Below are positions 49,664-59,068 of a stretch of 64,000 bases of DNA, piece by piece. The position numbers and the translations under genes were made by a program. Where the stretch lies: assembly GCA_041694815.1 (NCBI GenBank), contig JBGFSC010000005.1:1-64000 (forward strand). The letters run 5' to 3'. Numbering within the stretch: the stretch's first letter is position 1; every line of letters begins with the position of its first letter. This DNA comes from Elusimicrobiota bacterium (lineage in GTDB: Bacteria; Elusimicrobiota; Elusimicrobia; UBA1565; JACRDR01). The notes below the pieces were generated by a model. It searched no databases, was not told the origin of the DNA, and was given only the letters and a program-made list of their open reading frames with translations.

Positions 49664-50595
49664 GCGGCCACGAGGCCGGGTTCTTCGACGGCCAAGAGCT
49701 CGATGAACTGGCGGTAGCGCGACTCGACCGCCTCCAAGGTCAAATCCTCGAGAACCCTCGTGCTGAAGCCCTCGACGTTGAAGGACGCGACCACGCTGCC
49801 CAGCAGCGTGGCCCGCTTGATGTGGCGGATTTGGCGGAAATCGTCGGCCGAGGCCAGGGCTCCCAGGAACCCCCCGGCGAAGGAGTCTCCGGCACCGGTC
49901 GGGTCCAGGACAGAGTCGATCGGGAACGCGGGGAAGGCGTAGAGGTGCTCCTGCACGACGACGATGGCCCCGTGCTCCCCTTTCTTAACGACCACCACGG
50001 AGGGGCCCCATTCGGCGAGCCTTCGGGCCGCGCGGCAATTATTGGATTCCCCCGAGAGCTTGCGCGCCTCCTCCTCATTGACGAAAAAAACGTCGATCTT
50101 GGGCAAGAGCTCCTTGAGGGCCGGCTTCTTCTGCGCGATCCAATAATTCATCGTATCGCAGGCCACAAGGCGGGGCCCCTGCATTTGCGCCAGGACCTCC
50201 CACTGCAGCTCCGGATCGATGTTGGCCAGAAACACAACCGGCGCCGCCTTCTGCTGCCCGTTGAGCGACGGCTTGAAGCGCTCGAAGACGTTGAGGTGGG
50301 TCTCCAAGGTCTTGGCCGAGTTGAGGTCCTTGCCGTACTTTCCCGACCAACGGAAGGTCTTGCCGTCGACGGCCTTGAGCCCCTCGAGATCGATCGCCTT
50401 GGACTCCAGCATTTTGCGGTGCGCCGCGGGGAAATCGGTGCCCACCACCCCCAGGAGCTGCACCCGCGAGAAGAGCCGCGCCGCAAGGGAAAAATAGACG
50501 GCCGAGCCGCCCAAGGCCTCGCGGCTTTCCCCGGCGGGGGTCTTGACCGAATCCAACGCCACCGAGCCCACGACCAGTATAGACTCCATGATCAC
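49660..50595 (-). CDS. PfkB family carbohydrate/nucleoside kinase
   Basis: LGGSA, DTMNYW, KKGEHG, DPTGAGDSFAGG. Confidence 0.93.
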   Translation of the reverse strand: MIMESILVVGSVALDSVKTPAGESREALGGSAVYFSLAARLFSRVQLLGVVGTDFPAAHRKMLESKAIDLEGLKAVDGKTFRWSGKYGKDLNSAKTLETHLNVFERFKPSLNGQQKAAPVVFLANIDPELQWEVLAQMQGPRLVACDTMNYWIAQKKPALKELLPKIDVFFVNEEEARKLSGESNNCRAARRLAEWGPSVVVVKKGEHGAIVVVQEHLYAFPAFPIDSVLDPTGAGDSFAGGFLGALASADDFRQIRHIKRATLLGSVVASFNVEGFSTRVLEDLTLEAVESRYRQFIELLAVEEPGLVAA

Positions 50596-51296
50596 GCTCC
50601 CTTAAGCCTTTCTTCGAGATAGCTGCGGATATCCATTTGGGCGCTGGCCTGGCGCAAGTAAAAATTAATCAGGTCCAGGGCGCGGTTCTGCTGCAGGACT
50701 TGGACGAACTCGTCCTTCTTTTTTTCGAAATCCTTCGTCGAGCCCTTATTGGCCCTCTTATATTCCTCCAGGACCTCTCCGGGCAAGAGTTTCGCGCTTT
50801 GGAAGATCATCTGCTTGAGCTTGAACACGGCGAGGGCTTGGCGCTGTTGGCGTTCGTACTCCTCCGGGCTGGTCTTGAGCGAATAGCGGACGATTTGGAA
50901 ATACAACCCCTGGTCGAAGGCGCCGTTGCGCTGGAAGCTGGGCGTATTGCGGATGCTCATGGCCAGTTCGCCGTCGGTGACCCGAATGCCCAATTTTTTC
51001 GCCTCCAGGTAGAGGATCTCGTCGACGATCATGTCGCGCAGCATCCCCTGGCGCACCTCCGCGACGAGAGAGTCATTGACCTCGACATTGCGCTCCCGCA
51101 GGGCGTCGAGATACTGGTCCACCCGGGCCTGGTACTGCAAAAACGGGATCTTCTTGCCGCCGACCGCCGCCACCGCCTCCGCCGTCGACGCGCCCGAGAA
51201 AAAGTAGCCGCCCAAGCCCACGAAGGTCCCGAGCAGGAAGACGGCGATCGTCCCGACGAAAAAAGGGCGCCGGTGCCGGCGCAGGTATGAAATCAT
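50592..51296 (-). CDS. SurA N-terminal domain protein (PpiD-like fragment)
   Basis: N-terminal TM, VAAVGG..I, EAKKLGIRVTDGEL..IR..PSFQ.NGAFD...Y. Confidence 0.82.
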   Translation of the reverse strand: MISYLRRHRRPFFVGTIAVFLLGTFVGLGGYFFSGASTAEAVAAVGGKKIPFLQYQARVDQYLDALRERNVEVNDSLVAEVRQGMLRDMIVDEILYLEAKKLGIRVTDGELAMSIRNTPSFQRNGAFDQGLYFQIVRYSLKTSPEEYERQQRQALAVFKLKQMIFQSAKLLPGEVLEEYKRANKGSTKDFEKKKDEFVQVLQQNRALDLINFYLRQASAQMDIRSYLEERLKGA

Positions 51297-51691
51297 GCGG
51301 CGGATTCGGCGGTTTTGTGGGCGTGCGAGGGCTTCGTTTTCTCCGACATCGCGCAGGCGCCATCGAAGACGGCGCCCTCTTCCACGAAAAGCTTGGCGCA
51401 ACGTATATTGCCCGCCACCTTGCCGGTGGACTTGATCTCCAAGGCGGCCGAAGCGACGATGTCGCCCGAGACGAGGCCGGCCACGACGACGCTCTCGGCG
51501 CATACATTGCCCCGGACCTGGCCGCCCGGGCCGACGATCGCGATCTGAGCCTCGAGGATGTCCCCCTCGACCTTCCCCTCCACCCGGATCGAGCCACGGA
51601 CCGTCATCGTGCCGTGGAAATACGCCTCCGGCCCGACCACGGTGACCATGTCGCCGGATTCAAACGCGTTCGATTTGCCGAATAATCCCAT
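51293..51691 (-). CDS. Bactofilin (polymer-forming cytoskeletal protein)
   Basis: TVVG....FHG......RVEGKVEGDI, G.V.GNV.A..V.V.G.V.GDI, V.GNI....L.VEEGAVFDG beta-helix pattern. Confidence 0.93.
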   Translation of the reverse strand: MGLFGKSNAFESGDMVTVVGPEAYFHGTMTVRGSIRVEGKVEGDILEAQIAIVGPGGQVRGNVCAESVVVAGLVSGDIVASAALEIKSTGKVAGNIRCAKLFVEEGAVFDGACAMSEKTKPSHAHKTAESAA

Positions 51692-51700
51692 ACGCTCGGC

Positions 51701-52666
51701 TCAGAGGGCGGGCTCTTCCTGCGCCTGCTTTTTCAAATAAGGGCGGGGATTGACGGGCTTCCCATGGCGGAGCACCTCGTAGTGTAGATGGTTGCCGGTC
51801 GAACGGCCCGTCGTGCCCATGTACCCGATCATCCGCCCGCGCTGCACGAATTCCCCCTCCTTGACCAGCACCTTGGAGGTGTGGCCGTAGAGGGTGGAAT
51901 AGCCCCAGCCGTGGTCGATAAGGAGCATTCGGCCGTAGCCGCCCGTCCAGCCGGCCCGGCGCACCGTGCCATCGGCCGTGGCAAAGATCGGCGTGTCGGC
52001 GTCGTTGGCGATGTCGACCCCCGGATGGAATTCGCCCGAATCAGACTCGTCGGAAACGTGGAGCGGCGAGAAGCGGTACCCGAAACCCGAACTGATGCGC
52101 CCGTCGGCGGGCCAGATATTGGGCGTCGCCCGGAACAGGCTGCGCTCGTTGGTGATATACCACGCGATCTCCTGGAATCCCGCGACGCGCTGCTGCGATT
52201 CCTTGCGTAGGGCCTCCAGGCTTTTGCGGATGGCGGGCTGGCTGAGCTGCGCGGGATTGCTGTCCGACAGCAGGCGCGTCAAGCTCAGCCGGTCGGCGGC
52301 GTTGGGTCCGCCGACCCCTTCTTCCGATTCGATTACCGCGCGGCGGTTGCGCATGCCCAAGAGCACGCGCATCTGCTGGTCGGTCAGGCGGGCGTTCTCG
52401 ACGACGCCCCGTGAGCGCTCCACCTCATTGGCCAGATAGAGCATCTTCGCCCGCATCACCTGGTTGTCGGCCTTGGTAACCCAATAATCGGCATGCTTCC
52501 CTAATATGATGCCGGCCCAGACCGTCACGAGCGTCCAAACGGCAAGGCAAAAGAAGGCGAAATGGAGGGAAAACCGGGCCCGCCATACGGGAAGATCGGT
52601 ATGGGGGATGACAAGCACGGTGACGTGCCGCCCCAACTGCTTAAAGAAGCCGCTCAGGCGTGTCAA
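51701..52666 (-). CDS. M23 family (LytM) peptidase with TM and coiled coil
   Basis: FHPGVDIA, GGYG, YGH, TGRSTGNHLHYEV. Confidence 0.93.
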   Translation of the reverse strand: MTRLSGFFKQLGRHVTVLVIPHTDLPVWRARFSLHFAFFCLAVWTLVTVWAGIILGKHADYWVTKADNQVMRAKMLYLANEVERSRGVVENARLTDQQMRVLLGMRNRRAVIESEEGVGGPNAADRLSLTRLLSDSNPAQLSQPAIRKSLEALRKESQQRVAGFQEIAWYITNERSLFRATPNIWPADGRISSGFGYRFSPLHVSDESDSGEFHPGVDIANDADTPIFATADGTVRRAGWTGGYGRMLLIDHGWGYSTLYGHTSKVLVKEGEFVQRGRMIGYMGTTGRSTGNHLHYEVLRHGKPVNPRPYLKKQAQEEPAL

Positions 52667-52740
52667 TCGCTCTCCGAGACGTCAAAAAAGTGTAACAGAA
52701 CGAACTCGGAGTGTCAATCCTTCAGGTGTCAGACGTTGAC

Positions 52741-54180
52741 TTAATATTTCGGGACGGAGGGATCGACGCGCTCGGACCAGGCGTTGATTCCTCCGGCCAC
52801 ATTGGTCACGCGCTTGAAGCCCTTCTCCAGCAGCAGCTTCGCGGCCTTGGCCGAGCGCCCTCCCATCTTGCAGTGGACGACGATGTCGCTTTGAGGGTCC
52901 AATTCGCCCAAACGCTCTGGCAATTGGCCCAACGGAATGAGGTGGGAGCCCGGAATCCGACCGATCTCGTACTCGAAAGGCTCGCGCACGTCCAGGAGGT
53001 AGAACTCCTCCTTCCGGTCCATACGGGCCTTGAGCTGCTCGACGGAAATCTCCGGGAGCGGCGATCCGTTCGAAGCGCCGACGGCGGAACGGACCCCGCA
53101 GAAGGCCTCGTAGTCGATTAAGGCACGGATGCTGGGATTATTCCCGCACAACGGGCAGTTCGGGTCCTTGCGGAGCTTGAGCTGCCGCCACTGCATTTTT
53201 AAGGCGTCGAAAAGCATCAGCCGTCCGACCAAAGGATCGCCTAGTCCCAGTATCCACTTGATGACCTCCACCGCCTGTAGCGAGCCGATCACCCCGGGCA
53301 GCACCCCGAATACGCCGCCCTCCGCGCAGGACGGGACGAGCCCGGGCGGCGGCGGCTCGGGATACAGGCAACGGTAGCACGGCCCCTCGGGGGCCTTGAA
53401 CACCGAGACCTGGCCCTCAAAGCGGAAAATCGATCCGTAAACGTTGGGCTTGCCCGAGAGCACGCAGGCGTCGTTGACGAGATAACGCGTCGGGAAATTG
53501 TCGGTGCCGTCGGCGATGACGTCGTATTGCTTGAACAATTCCAGCGCGTTCTGGGACGTGAGCCGGGTCTCGTAGGTTTCGATGCGGATATCGGGATTGA
53601 GGCCCGAAAGGCGCGCCTTGGCCTCCTGGAGCTTGGGTTTGCCGACCGAACCGGTGGAGAAAAGGACCTGCCGCTGCAGATTGGAAAAGTCGACCACGTC
53701 GAAATCCACGACGCCGATGGTCCCCACCCCCGCGGCGGCCAGATACAGCGAAAGGGGGGAGCCCAACCCCCCCGCCCCCACGGTAAGCACCCTGGCCGCC
53801 TTGAGCCTCTTTTGACCCTCCAAGCCGACCTCGGGCATGATGATATGGCGGTTGTAGCGGCGAAGCTCCTCGGGGCTCAATGCCGCCCCTTCGGCCAGCG
53901 CCGTGCTTCCTCCCGCGATGGAGGGCACGATCAACACGCTGTCTCCGGGCTTGACGGCGGTGCCGACGCCCTGCAGGTGCCGGATATCCTCGTCGTTGAC
54001 GTAGACGTTGACGAAATGGCGCAGCCGGCCCTCCGGCGAGAAGAGATGCTCCTTGAGCCCGACATAACGCCCCGTCAATGCGGAAAGGATCTCCCCCACT
54101 GTCTTGCCGTCGAGCTCCACCGTCTCGCGCTTTTCGGCGTAGGACCTAAGGGCGGTGGGCAGATAGACTTGAACGCTCAT
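52741..54180 (-). CDS. moeB: Fusion: MoaD/CysO ubiquitin-like sulfur carrier + MoeB adenylyltransferase + rhodanese
   Basis: N-terminal VNVYVNDEDIR...IVPSIAGG; then RYNRH, GAGGLG, SNLQRQ, CYRC, CPLC; C-terminal DVREPFE, HCKMGGRS; start MSVQVY at 54180. Confidence 0.92.
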   Translation of the reverse strand: MSVQVYLPTALRSYAEKRETVELDGKTVGEILSALTGRYVGLKEHLFSPEGRLRHFVNVYVNDEDIRHLQGVGTAVKPGDSVLIVPSIAGGSTALAEGAALSPEELRRYNRHIIMPEVGLEGQKRLKAARVLTVGAGGLGSPLSLYLAAAGVGTIGVVDFDVVDFSNLQRQVLFSTGSVGKPKLQEAKARLSGLNPDIRIETYETRLTSQNALELFKQYDVIADGTDNFPTRYLVNDACVLSGKPNVYGSIFRFEGQVSVFKAPEGPCYRCLYPEPPPPGLVPSCAEGGVFGVLPGVIGSLQAVEVIKWILGLGDPLVGRLMLFDALKMQWRQLKLRKDPNCPLCGNNPSIRALIDYEAFCGVRSAVGASNGSPLPEISVEQLKARMDRKEEFYLLDVREPFEYEIGRIPGSHLIPLGQLPERLGELDPQSDIVVHCKMGGRSAKAAKLLLEKGFKRVTNVAGGINAWSERVDPSVPKY

Positions 54181-54196
54181 ATTCTTCTCCTCTTCT

Positions 54197-54646
54197 TCAT
54201 AGGATCTCCAGCGCTTCGGGCACGAAATCATTGCCGCCTTCGCTCCGAATCCAGCTGCGCGTCGCGCGCAGCTCGTCTTTGAACACCGATAGGATCATAT
54301 AGCTGTAGCAAGGCCAGGCCCGAGACAGGTCGAACGGGGAGGGCCATGCCGGAAGGTCCGGATGCGAATGATACCAGCCGACGATGCCGCGCCCGGTCCC
54401 GCGGAATTCCTTTTCGATCTTCAGGATCAGGGCGGGATCGATTTGATACCGCGTTCCCCGCCCTCCCGATTCCCAGGCGTTCGCCAGGGGCCGATGCTCC
54501 TGCGCTTCCACGCTGCGGCCCTGGCGGTCAAAGTCGGGAGGGATGGGGCCCAGCAAGACCCCGCAGCATTCCTCGGGATGCGACGCCAAGGCATGCCGCT
54601 CGATCTCCCCCATCATGGCGCGGGACAGGCGAAGGCTCAATTCCAA
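54197..54646 (-). CDS. JAB/M67 metallopeptidase (Mec-like)
   Basis: PEECCGVLLG and GWYHSHPD...PSPFD JAMM motif. Confidence 0.92.
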   Translation of the reverse strand: MELSLRLSRAMMGEIERHALASHPEECCGVLLGPIPPDFDRQGRSVEAQEHRPLANAWESGGRGTRYQIDPALILKIEKEFRGTGRGIVGWYHSHPDLPAWPSPFDLSRAWPCYSYMILSVFKDELRATRSWIRSEGGNDFVPEALEIL

Positions 54647-55566
54647 AACCTCTCGCTGAGGTAGCGTTCCCCGCTGTCAGGAAAGACGGTGACCACCGTG
54701 GCCGAGGCGCCCTCGCGCGAAAGCTCGCCGCAAAGGCGGAGAGCGGCAGCCAGGTTCGCGCCGGAGGAAACGCCCGCCAAAATCCCGCGGCGGGCCAATG
54801 CCTGCACGCAGCGGTGCGCGTCCTCCGTAGAGACCGACATCTTGGCGTCCGCCAAGGCCGGGTCGTAGATCGCCGGGACCAAGGCGCTTGCCATATGCTT
54901 TAGGCCCTCGAGCCCGTGGAAGGGGGAATCGGGCTCCACCGAAACCAACCGTATCGACGCCTTGAGCTCGCGCAGGCGTCGGCCGGTACCGACGAAGGTG
55001 CCGCTGGTCCCTAGTCCCGTGATGAAATGCGTCAGCCGTCCCTCGGTCTGCCGCCAAATCTCCACGGCCGTGCCGTCGTAATGGGCGCGCCAATTGGCCG
55101 GATTGGAGTATTGGTCGGGGTAAAAGTACAGCTCGGGAGACGCCTCAAAGAGGCGCCGCGCCTCGCGAATGGCTCCGTCGGAACCCTCCAAAGGATCGGT
55201 CCATACGAGCTCGGCGCCGTAGGCCATGAGGACTTTCTTGCGCTCCTCGTTGATGCTCGAGGGGACGGCGAGCTTCACCTTGAAACCGCGCCGGGCTCCG
55301 ATCCAGGCGTAGGCGATGCCCGTATTGCCCGAGGTCGCGTCCAGCAGGGTCTTGCCCGGCGTGAAGGCGCCGCTGCGCGTCGCCTCTTCGACCATCCTCC
55401 AGGCCGCTCGGTCCTTGACCGAACCGCCGGGATTGAGCCACTCGGCTTTCGCGAACAGGCGCACTTCATCGTTTAACTCGGAAAATCCGCTTATCTCCAA
55501 TAAAGGCGTGTTGCCGACTTCCCGAGGCGTCGATGCCAGCTCCGGCGGATGTGAAAAAGCGTTCAT
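54637..55566 (-). CDS. cysM: PLP-dependent cysteine synthase (CysM-like)
   Basis: VGNTPL, NPGGSVKDR, ATSGNTG, GLGTSGT, PDSGERYLS. Confidence 0.9.
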   Translation of the reverse strand: MNAFSHPPELASTPREVGNTPLLEISGFSELNDEVRLFAKAEWLNPGGSVKDRAAWRMVEEATRSGAFTPGKTLLDATSGNTGIAYAWIGARRGFKVKLAVPSSINEERKKVLMAYGAELVWTDPLEGSDGAIREARRLFEASPELYFYPDQYSNPANWRAHYDGTAVEIWRQTEGRLTHFITGLGTSGTFVGTGRRLRELKASIRLVSVEPDSPFHGLEGLKHMASALVPAIYDPALADAKMSVSTEDAHRCVQALARRGILAGVSSGANLAAALRLCGELSREGASATVVTVFPDSGERYLSERFWN

Positions 55567-55649
55567 TTTGGGTAAAGTTTATCATTCCTGACTAATTCAG
55601 TCAAATATGAAGCTCAAAGTTAAAATTGCTAATATATGACGGCAAATTC

Positions 55650-58382
55650 ATGCTATCTCTGAGAGAAACTTTTCTCGATTACTTCGACCGCAAGGGGCAC
55701 AATATCATCGCCTCGACGCCGATCGTTCCACAGGGAGATCCGAGCCTGCTGTTCACTTCGGCGGGGATGGTTCCCTTCAAGGCCTATTTCCTCGGCCTGA
55801 AATCGGGGCTCTCCCGCGCGGCCTCCTGCCAGCGCTGCTTCAGGACGACGGATATCGACCGCGTCGGATCGACGATCCGCCACCTCACCTTCTTTGAGAT
55901 GCTCGGCAATTTTTCCTTCGGCGATTATTTTAAGGCCGAGACCATACACTGGGCTTGGGAGTTCCTGACCCGGGAGATGAAGCTCGACCGCCAAAAGCTC
56001 TATCCGACCGTCTACAAGGACGACGACGAGGCGCTCAATCTTTGGAACAAGGAGAAGCCCGCGCACGCCGTCATCCGATTGGGCGAGGACAGCAATTTCT
56101 GGAACATGGGCCCCACGGGTCCTTGCGGCCCTTGCTCGGAGATATATTACGACCTGGGACCGGAGCTCTCCTGCGGCAAGCCTGGCTGCGCCCCGGGCTG
56201 CGATTGCGACCGTTACCTTGAGATATGGAACCTAGTCTTCACCCAGTTCGACCGCCAAGCCGATAATTCGCTTAAGGAATTGCCCCAAAAAAACATCGAT
56301 ACCGGCATGGGCTTAGAACGCCTGGCCCTGGCGGTTCAGGGCAAGAAGAGCCCCTTCGAAACGGAACTGTTCTGGCCGATCATGGAGCAGGCTTCCGAGC
56401 TGCTCCAGACGCTGCCGGGCAAGACCCCGGAGACCAAGCTCGCCTTCCGCATCATCGGCGACCACGCGCGCGCCGCGACGGTGCTCGCCGCCGAGGGCAT
56501 CATCCCCTCCAACGTGGAGCGCGGCTACGTGCTGCGCCGGCTCATCCGCCGCGCGATGCGTTACGGGCAGCTGTTGGGGCGCAAGGAGCCCTTCCTCCAC
56601 CGCCTCGTCGGGGCGGTGCTCGACATTCTCGGCCCCCAGTATCCCGACCTCGCCAAAGCGCGCGCGCAGATCGAACACACGCTGCAGGCCGAGGAGGAGC
56701 GTTTCCTGGAAACGCTGGAGAAGGGAGAGCGCGAATTGCGCGAGATCCTGGAGCACAAGCCTCGGCAGCTTTCCGGGGAGCTCGCCTTCAAGCTCTACGA
56801 CACCTTCGGTTTCCCTCTGGAGCTGACCCAGGAGATATGCCTCAGACACGGCGTCGACGTCGACGTCGAGGGCTTCGCGAGGGCGCAGGCTGCCGCCGCC
56901 GATGTCGCCCGCGCGGGCTGGAAGGGATCCGGCGAGAAGGGCTCGGCGGGTTACGAGGCGTATGCCGCGGCCAACCCGGGGCTGAACTGCGAATTCAAGG
57001 GATACTCTTCCCTATCGCTGGAGACCCGCGTCGTGGGCGTGTTCCGTTCCCGCCCTCCCGCCCCCCAAGGGAAGCCGGACGAATTGCTGCCGGCGGACTC
57101 CGGGGAGATCGTCTTGCACAAGACTCCCTTTTATCCCGAGGGCGGAGGCCAGGTCGGGGACCGCGGCGAGATCTTCGACGATCTCGGGCAGAAGATCGCG
57201 GAAGTGCATGACACCCAAAAGCCGCTGCCGCCCCTCATCGTCCACCGGGTGACGGCCTTGCGGCTCATCAGGACCGGGATGAAGGTGCGCGCCCAGGTGT
57301 CGGCCGCGCACCGGGAGACAGTGCGCTACCACCACACCGCCACGCATCTGCTCAATGCCGCGCTCAAGAAGGCGCTCGGAGCCTCGGTCCGCCAGGCGGG
57401 CTCGCTGGTGGCTCCGGACCGCCTGCGATTCGATTTCACCTACCCCAAGCCCATGACGGCCGAGCAGATCCGCGAGGTCGAACGCAGCGTCAACGAGGCC
57501 ATCGAAGCCGATATGCCCGTCGAGCCGCAGGAACGCGCCGCCGCGGATATCGAGGCCCTCGGTGCCACGACCCTGCTCGGCGAAAGCTACGGGGAGAAGC
57601 CGCGCTTCGTGCTCATCGGACCGCGCGGCTGGGACGACCCCCGCGAGCGCTACAGCCTCGAGCTTTGCGGCGGCACGCACGTGCGGCGCACCGGGGAGAT
57701 CCGCCGCGTCAAGATCGTCAAGGAGTCGGCCGTGGCCGCGGGCATACGCCGCATCGAGGCGGTGGCGGGTCCGGCCTTCGAGGAGCATCAGCGCCTGGCC
57801 GAGCAGGCGCAGCGCCAGGCCCTGCGGGAGGCCTTAAGCCGCTACCGTAAGCTGGCCGCCGAGCTCCAGGAGCTAACCGGCAAGCCTCCACCCGCCGCCG
57901 CGCCGTGGCCCGACCCCGGCGCGGGCGCCCTCGAGGAAGTGAAAAAGGCGATCGACACTTTGCGCGAGGCGGAAAAGTCGCTTAAGGGCGAAATCACGCG
58001 GCATAAGCAGGAGGCGCTGACCCGCCAAGCCCAGATGGGACAGGTGCACCTGGAGGTGGGCCAGGTCAAGCTCTGCGTGCAAAAGTTCCGGCAGGCGGAG
58101 ATGGCCACCTTGCGCCGCGTCTGCGATCAGATCAAGCGCGATCTCGGCAGCGGCGTGGTGTTTCTAGGCAGCACCGAGGAGAACAAGCTTTCCTTCGTCG
58201 TCGGGATCACGCAGGACTTGCTCGGCCGCGGCATCGACGCGGCCTCCATCGCCAAAAGCCTCGCCGAAAGGATGAACGGGAAGGCCGGGGGGCGCGCGGA
58301 TTTCGCCCAGGGCGGAGGCCCCGACTTCGATTGGGATGCGCTTGTCGGGGCCGTGGCCGACGCGCTACGCCGGCACGCTTAG
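55650..58382 (+). CDS. alaS: Alanine--tRNA ligase
   Basis: HLTFFEMLGNFSFGDYFK, IDTGMGLER, HHTATH, ELCGGTH, GGRADFAQGGG. Confidence 0.98.
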   Translation: MLSLRETFLDYFDRKGHNIIASTPIVPQGDPSLLFTSAGMVPFKAYFLGLKSGLSRAASCQRCFRTTDIDRVGSTIRHLTFFEMLGNFSFGDYFKAETIHWAWEFLTREMKLDRQKLYPTVYKDDDEALNLWNKEKPAHAVIRLGEDSNFWNMGPTGPCGPCSEIYYDLGPELSCGKPGCAPGCDCDRYLEIWNLVFTQFDRQADNSLKELPQKNIDTGMGLERLALAVQGKKSPFETELFWPIMEQASELLQTLPGKTPETKLAFRIIGDHARAATVLAAEGIIPSNVERGYVLRRLIRRAMRYGQLLGRKEPFLHRLVGAVLDILGPQYPDLAKARAQIEHTLQAEEERFLETLEKGERELREILEHKPRQLSGELAFKLYDTFGFPLELTQEICLRHGVDVDVEGFARAQAAAADVARAGWKGSGEKGSAGYEAYAAANPGLNCEFKGYSSLSLETRVVGVFRSRPPAPQGKPDELLPADSGEIVLHKTPFYPEGGGQVGDRGEIFDDLGQKIAEVHDTQKPLPPLIVHRVTALRLIRTGMKVRAQVSAAHRETVRYHHTATHLLNAALKKALGASVRQAGSLVAPDRLRFDFTYPKPMTAEQIREVERSVNEAIEADMPVEPQERAAADIEALGATTLLGESYGEKPRFVLIGPRGWDDPRERYSLELCGGTHVRRTGEIRRVKIVKESAVAAGIRRIEAVAGPAFEEHQRLAEQAQRQALREALSRYRKLAAELQELTGKPPPAAAPWPDPGAGALEEVKKAIDTLREAEKSLKGEITRHKQEALTRQAQMGQVHLEVGQVKLCVQKFRQAEMATLRRVCDQIKRDLGSGVVFLGSTEENKLSFVVGITQDLLGRGIDAASIAKSLAERMNGKAGGRADFAQGGGPDFDWDALVGAVADALRRHA

Positions 58383-58452
58383 CGGTGCCAGCATCCACTT
58401 TCTACACTTTCTCAACTTTCTCCGGCCAGCGTTTTGCTAGAATCCACTCGTC

Positions 58453-58524
58453 GCGCCCGTAGTGAAATGGATATCACGGCAGCCTCCGAAGCTGCAAGTG
58501 CAGGTTCGATTCCTGCCGGGCGCA
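58453..58524 (+). tRNA. tRNA-Arg(CCG)
   Basis: GCGCCCG/CGGGCGC acceptor, anticodon arm GCAGC-CTCCGAA-GCTGC, T-arm GCAGG-TTCGATT-CCTGC; CCA not encoded. Confidence 0.93.
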
Positions 58525-59066
58525 TGGAATCCTTGCCCACCCTCCTGGCGCTCTTAATCCTGTTTTCCGGCTGCGCGTTGGCTCCGAGATGCAGAACGCC
58601 CGGCTGTGAGCTCGCCCAACGGATCAGCGGCCGATATGAAAAAACCCTGAGCGCCGCGCCGCACCGCAAACATTCTGGGATTTCACCCGTCAAAAGCCTG
58701 CAGCTGGCTCCCTACGGGAGGGAGAACGTCTACTTCCACATCAAGCATGTCACCGAGAACGGCAGCTGCGGGCTCTATGGCATCGCCAAGCATCGGGGTG
58801 GGCGCTTCGTTTTTGTCGAAAGGCCGGATCTGCCCGAGGATTCGCCCCCCGGCGCCAGGCGCTGCGTCATGGCGCTCGTGCCCAGGCCCGACGCTATTTA
58901 CGTCGAAGATGGGAATACCTGCCGGGGTTATTGCGGCGCGGGGAACAGCTTCGAGGGGATACGCTTCGAGAACGCGCTTAAGAAGCCGATCGCGCTGCGC
59001 CGGCTCAGGCGCTCCGAACTGTTTAAACAAGCCGTCTTCGAAAACGAAAAGAGGCGCGGTCTCTAG
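58524..59066 (+). CDS. Hypothetical Cys-rich lipoprotein
   Basis: Lipobox LFSGC; paired cysteines including CRGYCG; start at ATG 58524 or TTG 58533. Confidence 0.7.
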   Translation: MESLPTLLALLILFSGCALAPRCRTPGCELAQRISGRYEKTLSAAPHRKHSGISPVKSLQLAPYGRENVYFHIKHVTENGSCGLYGIAKHRGGRFVFVERPDLPEDSPPGARRCVMALVPRPDAIYVEDGNTCRGYCGAGNSFEGIRFENALKKPIALRRLRRSELFKQAVFENEKRRGL

Positions 59067-59068
59067 GC

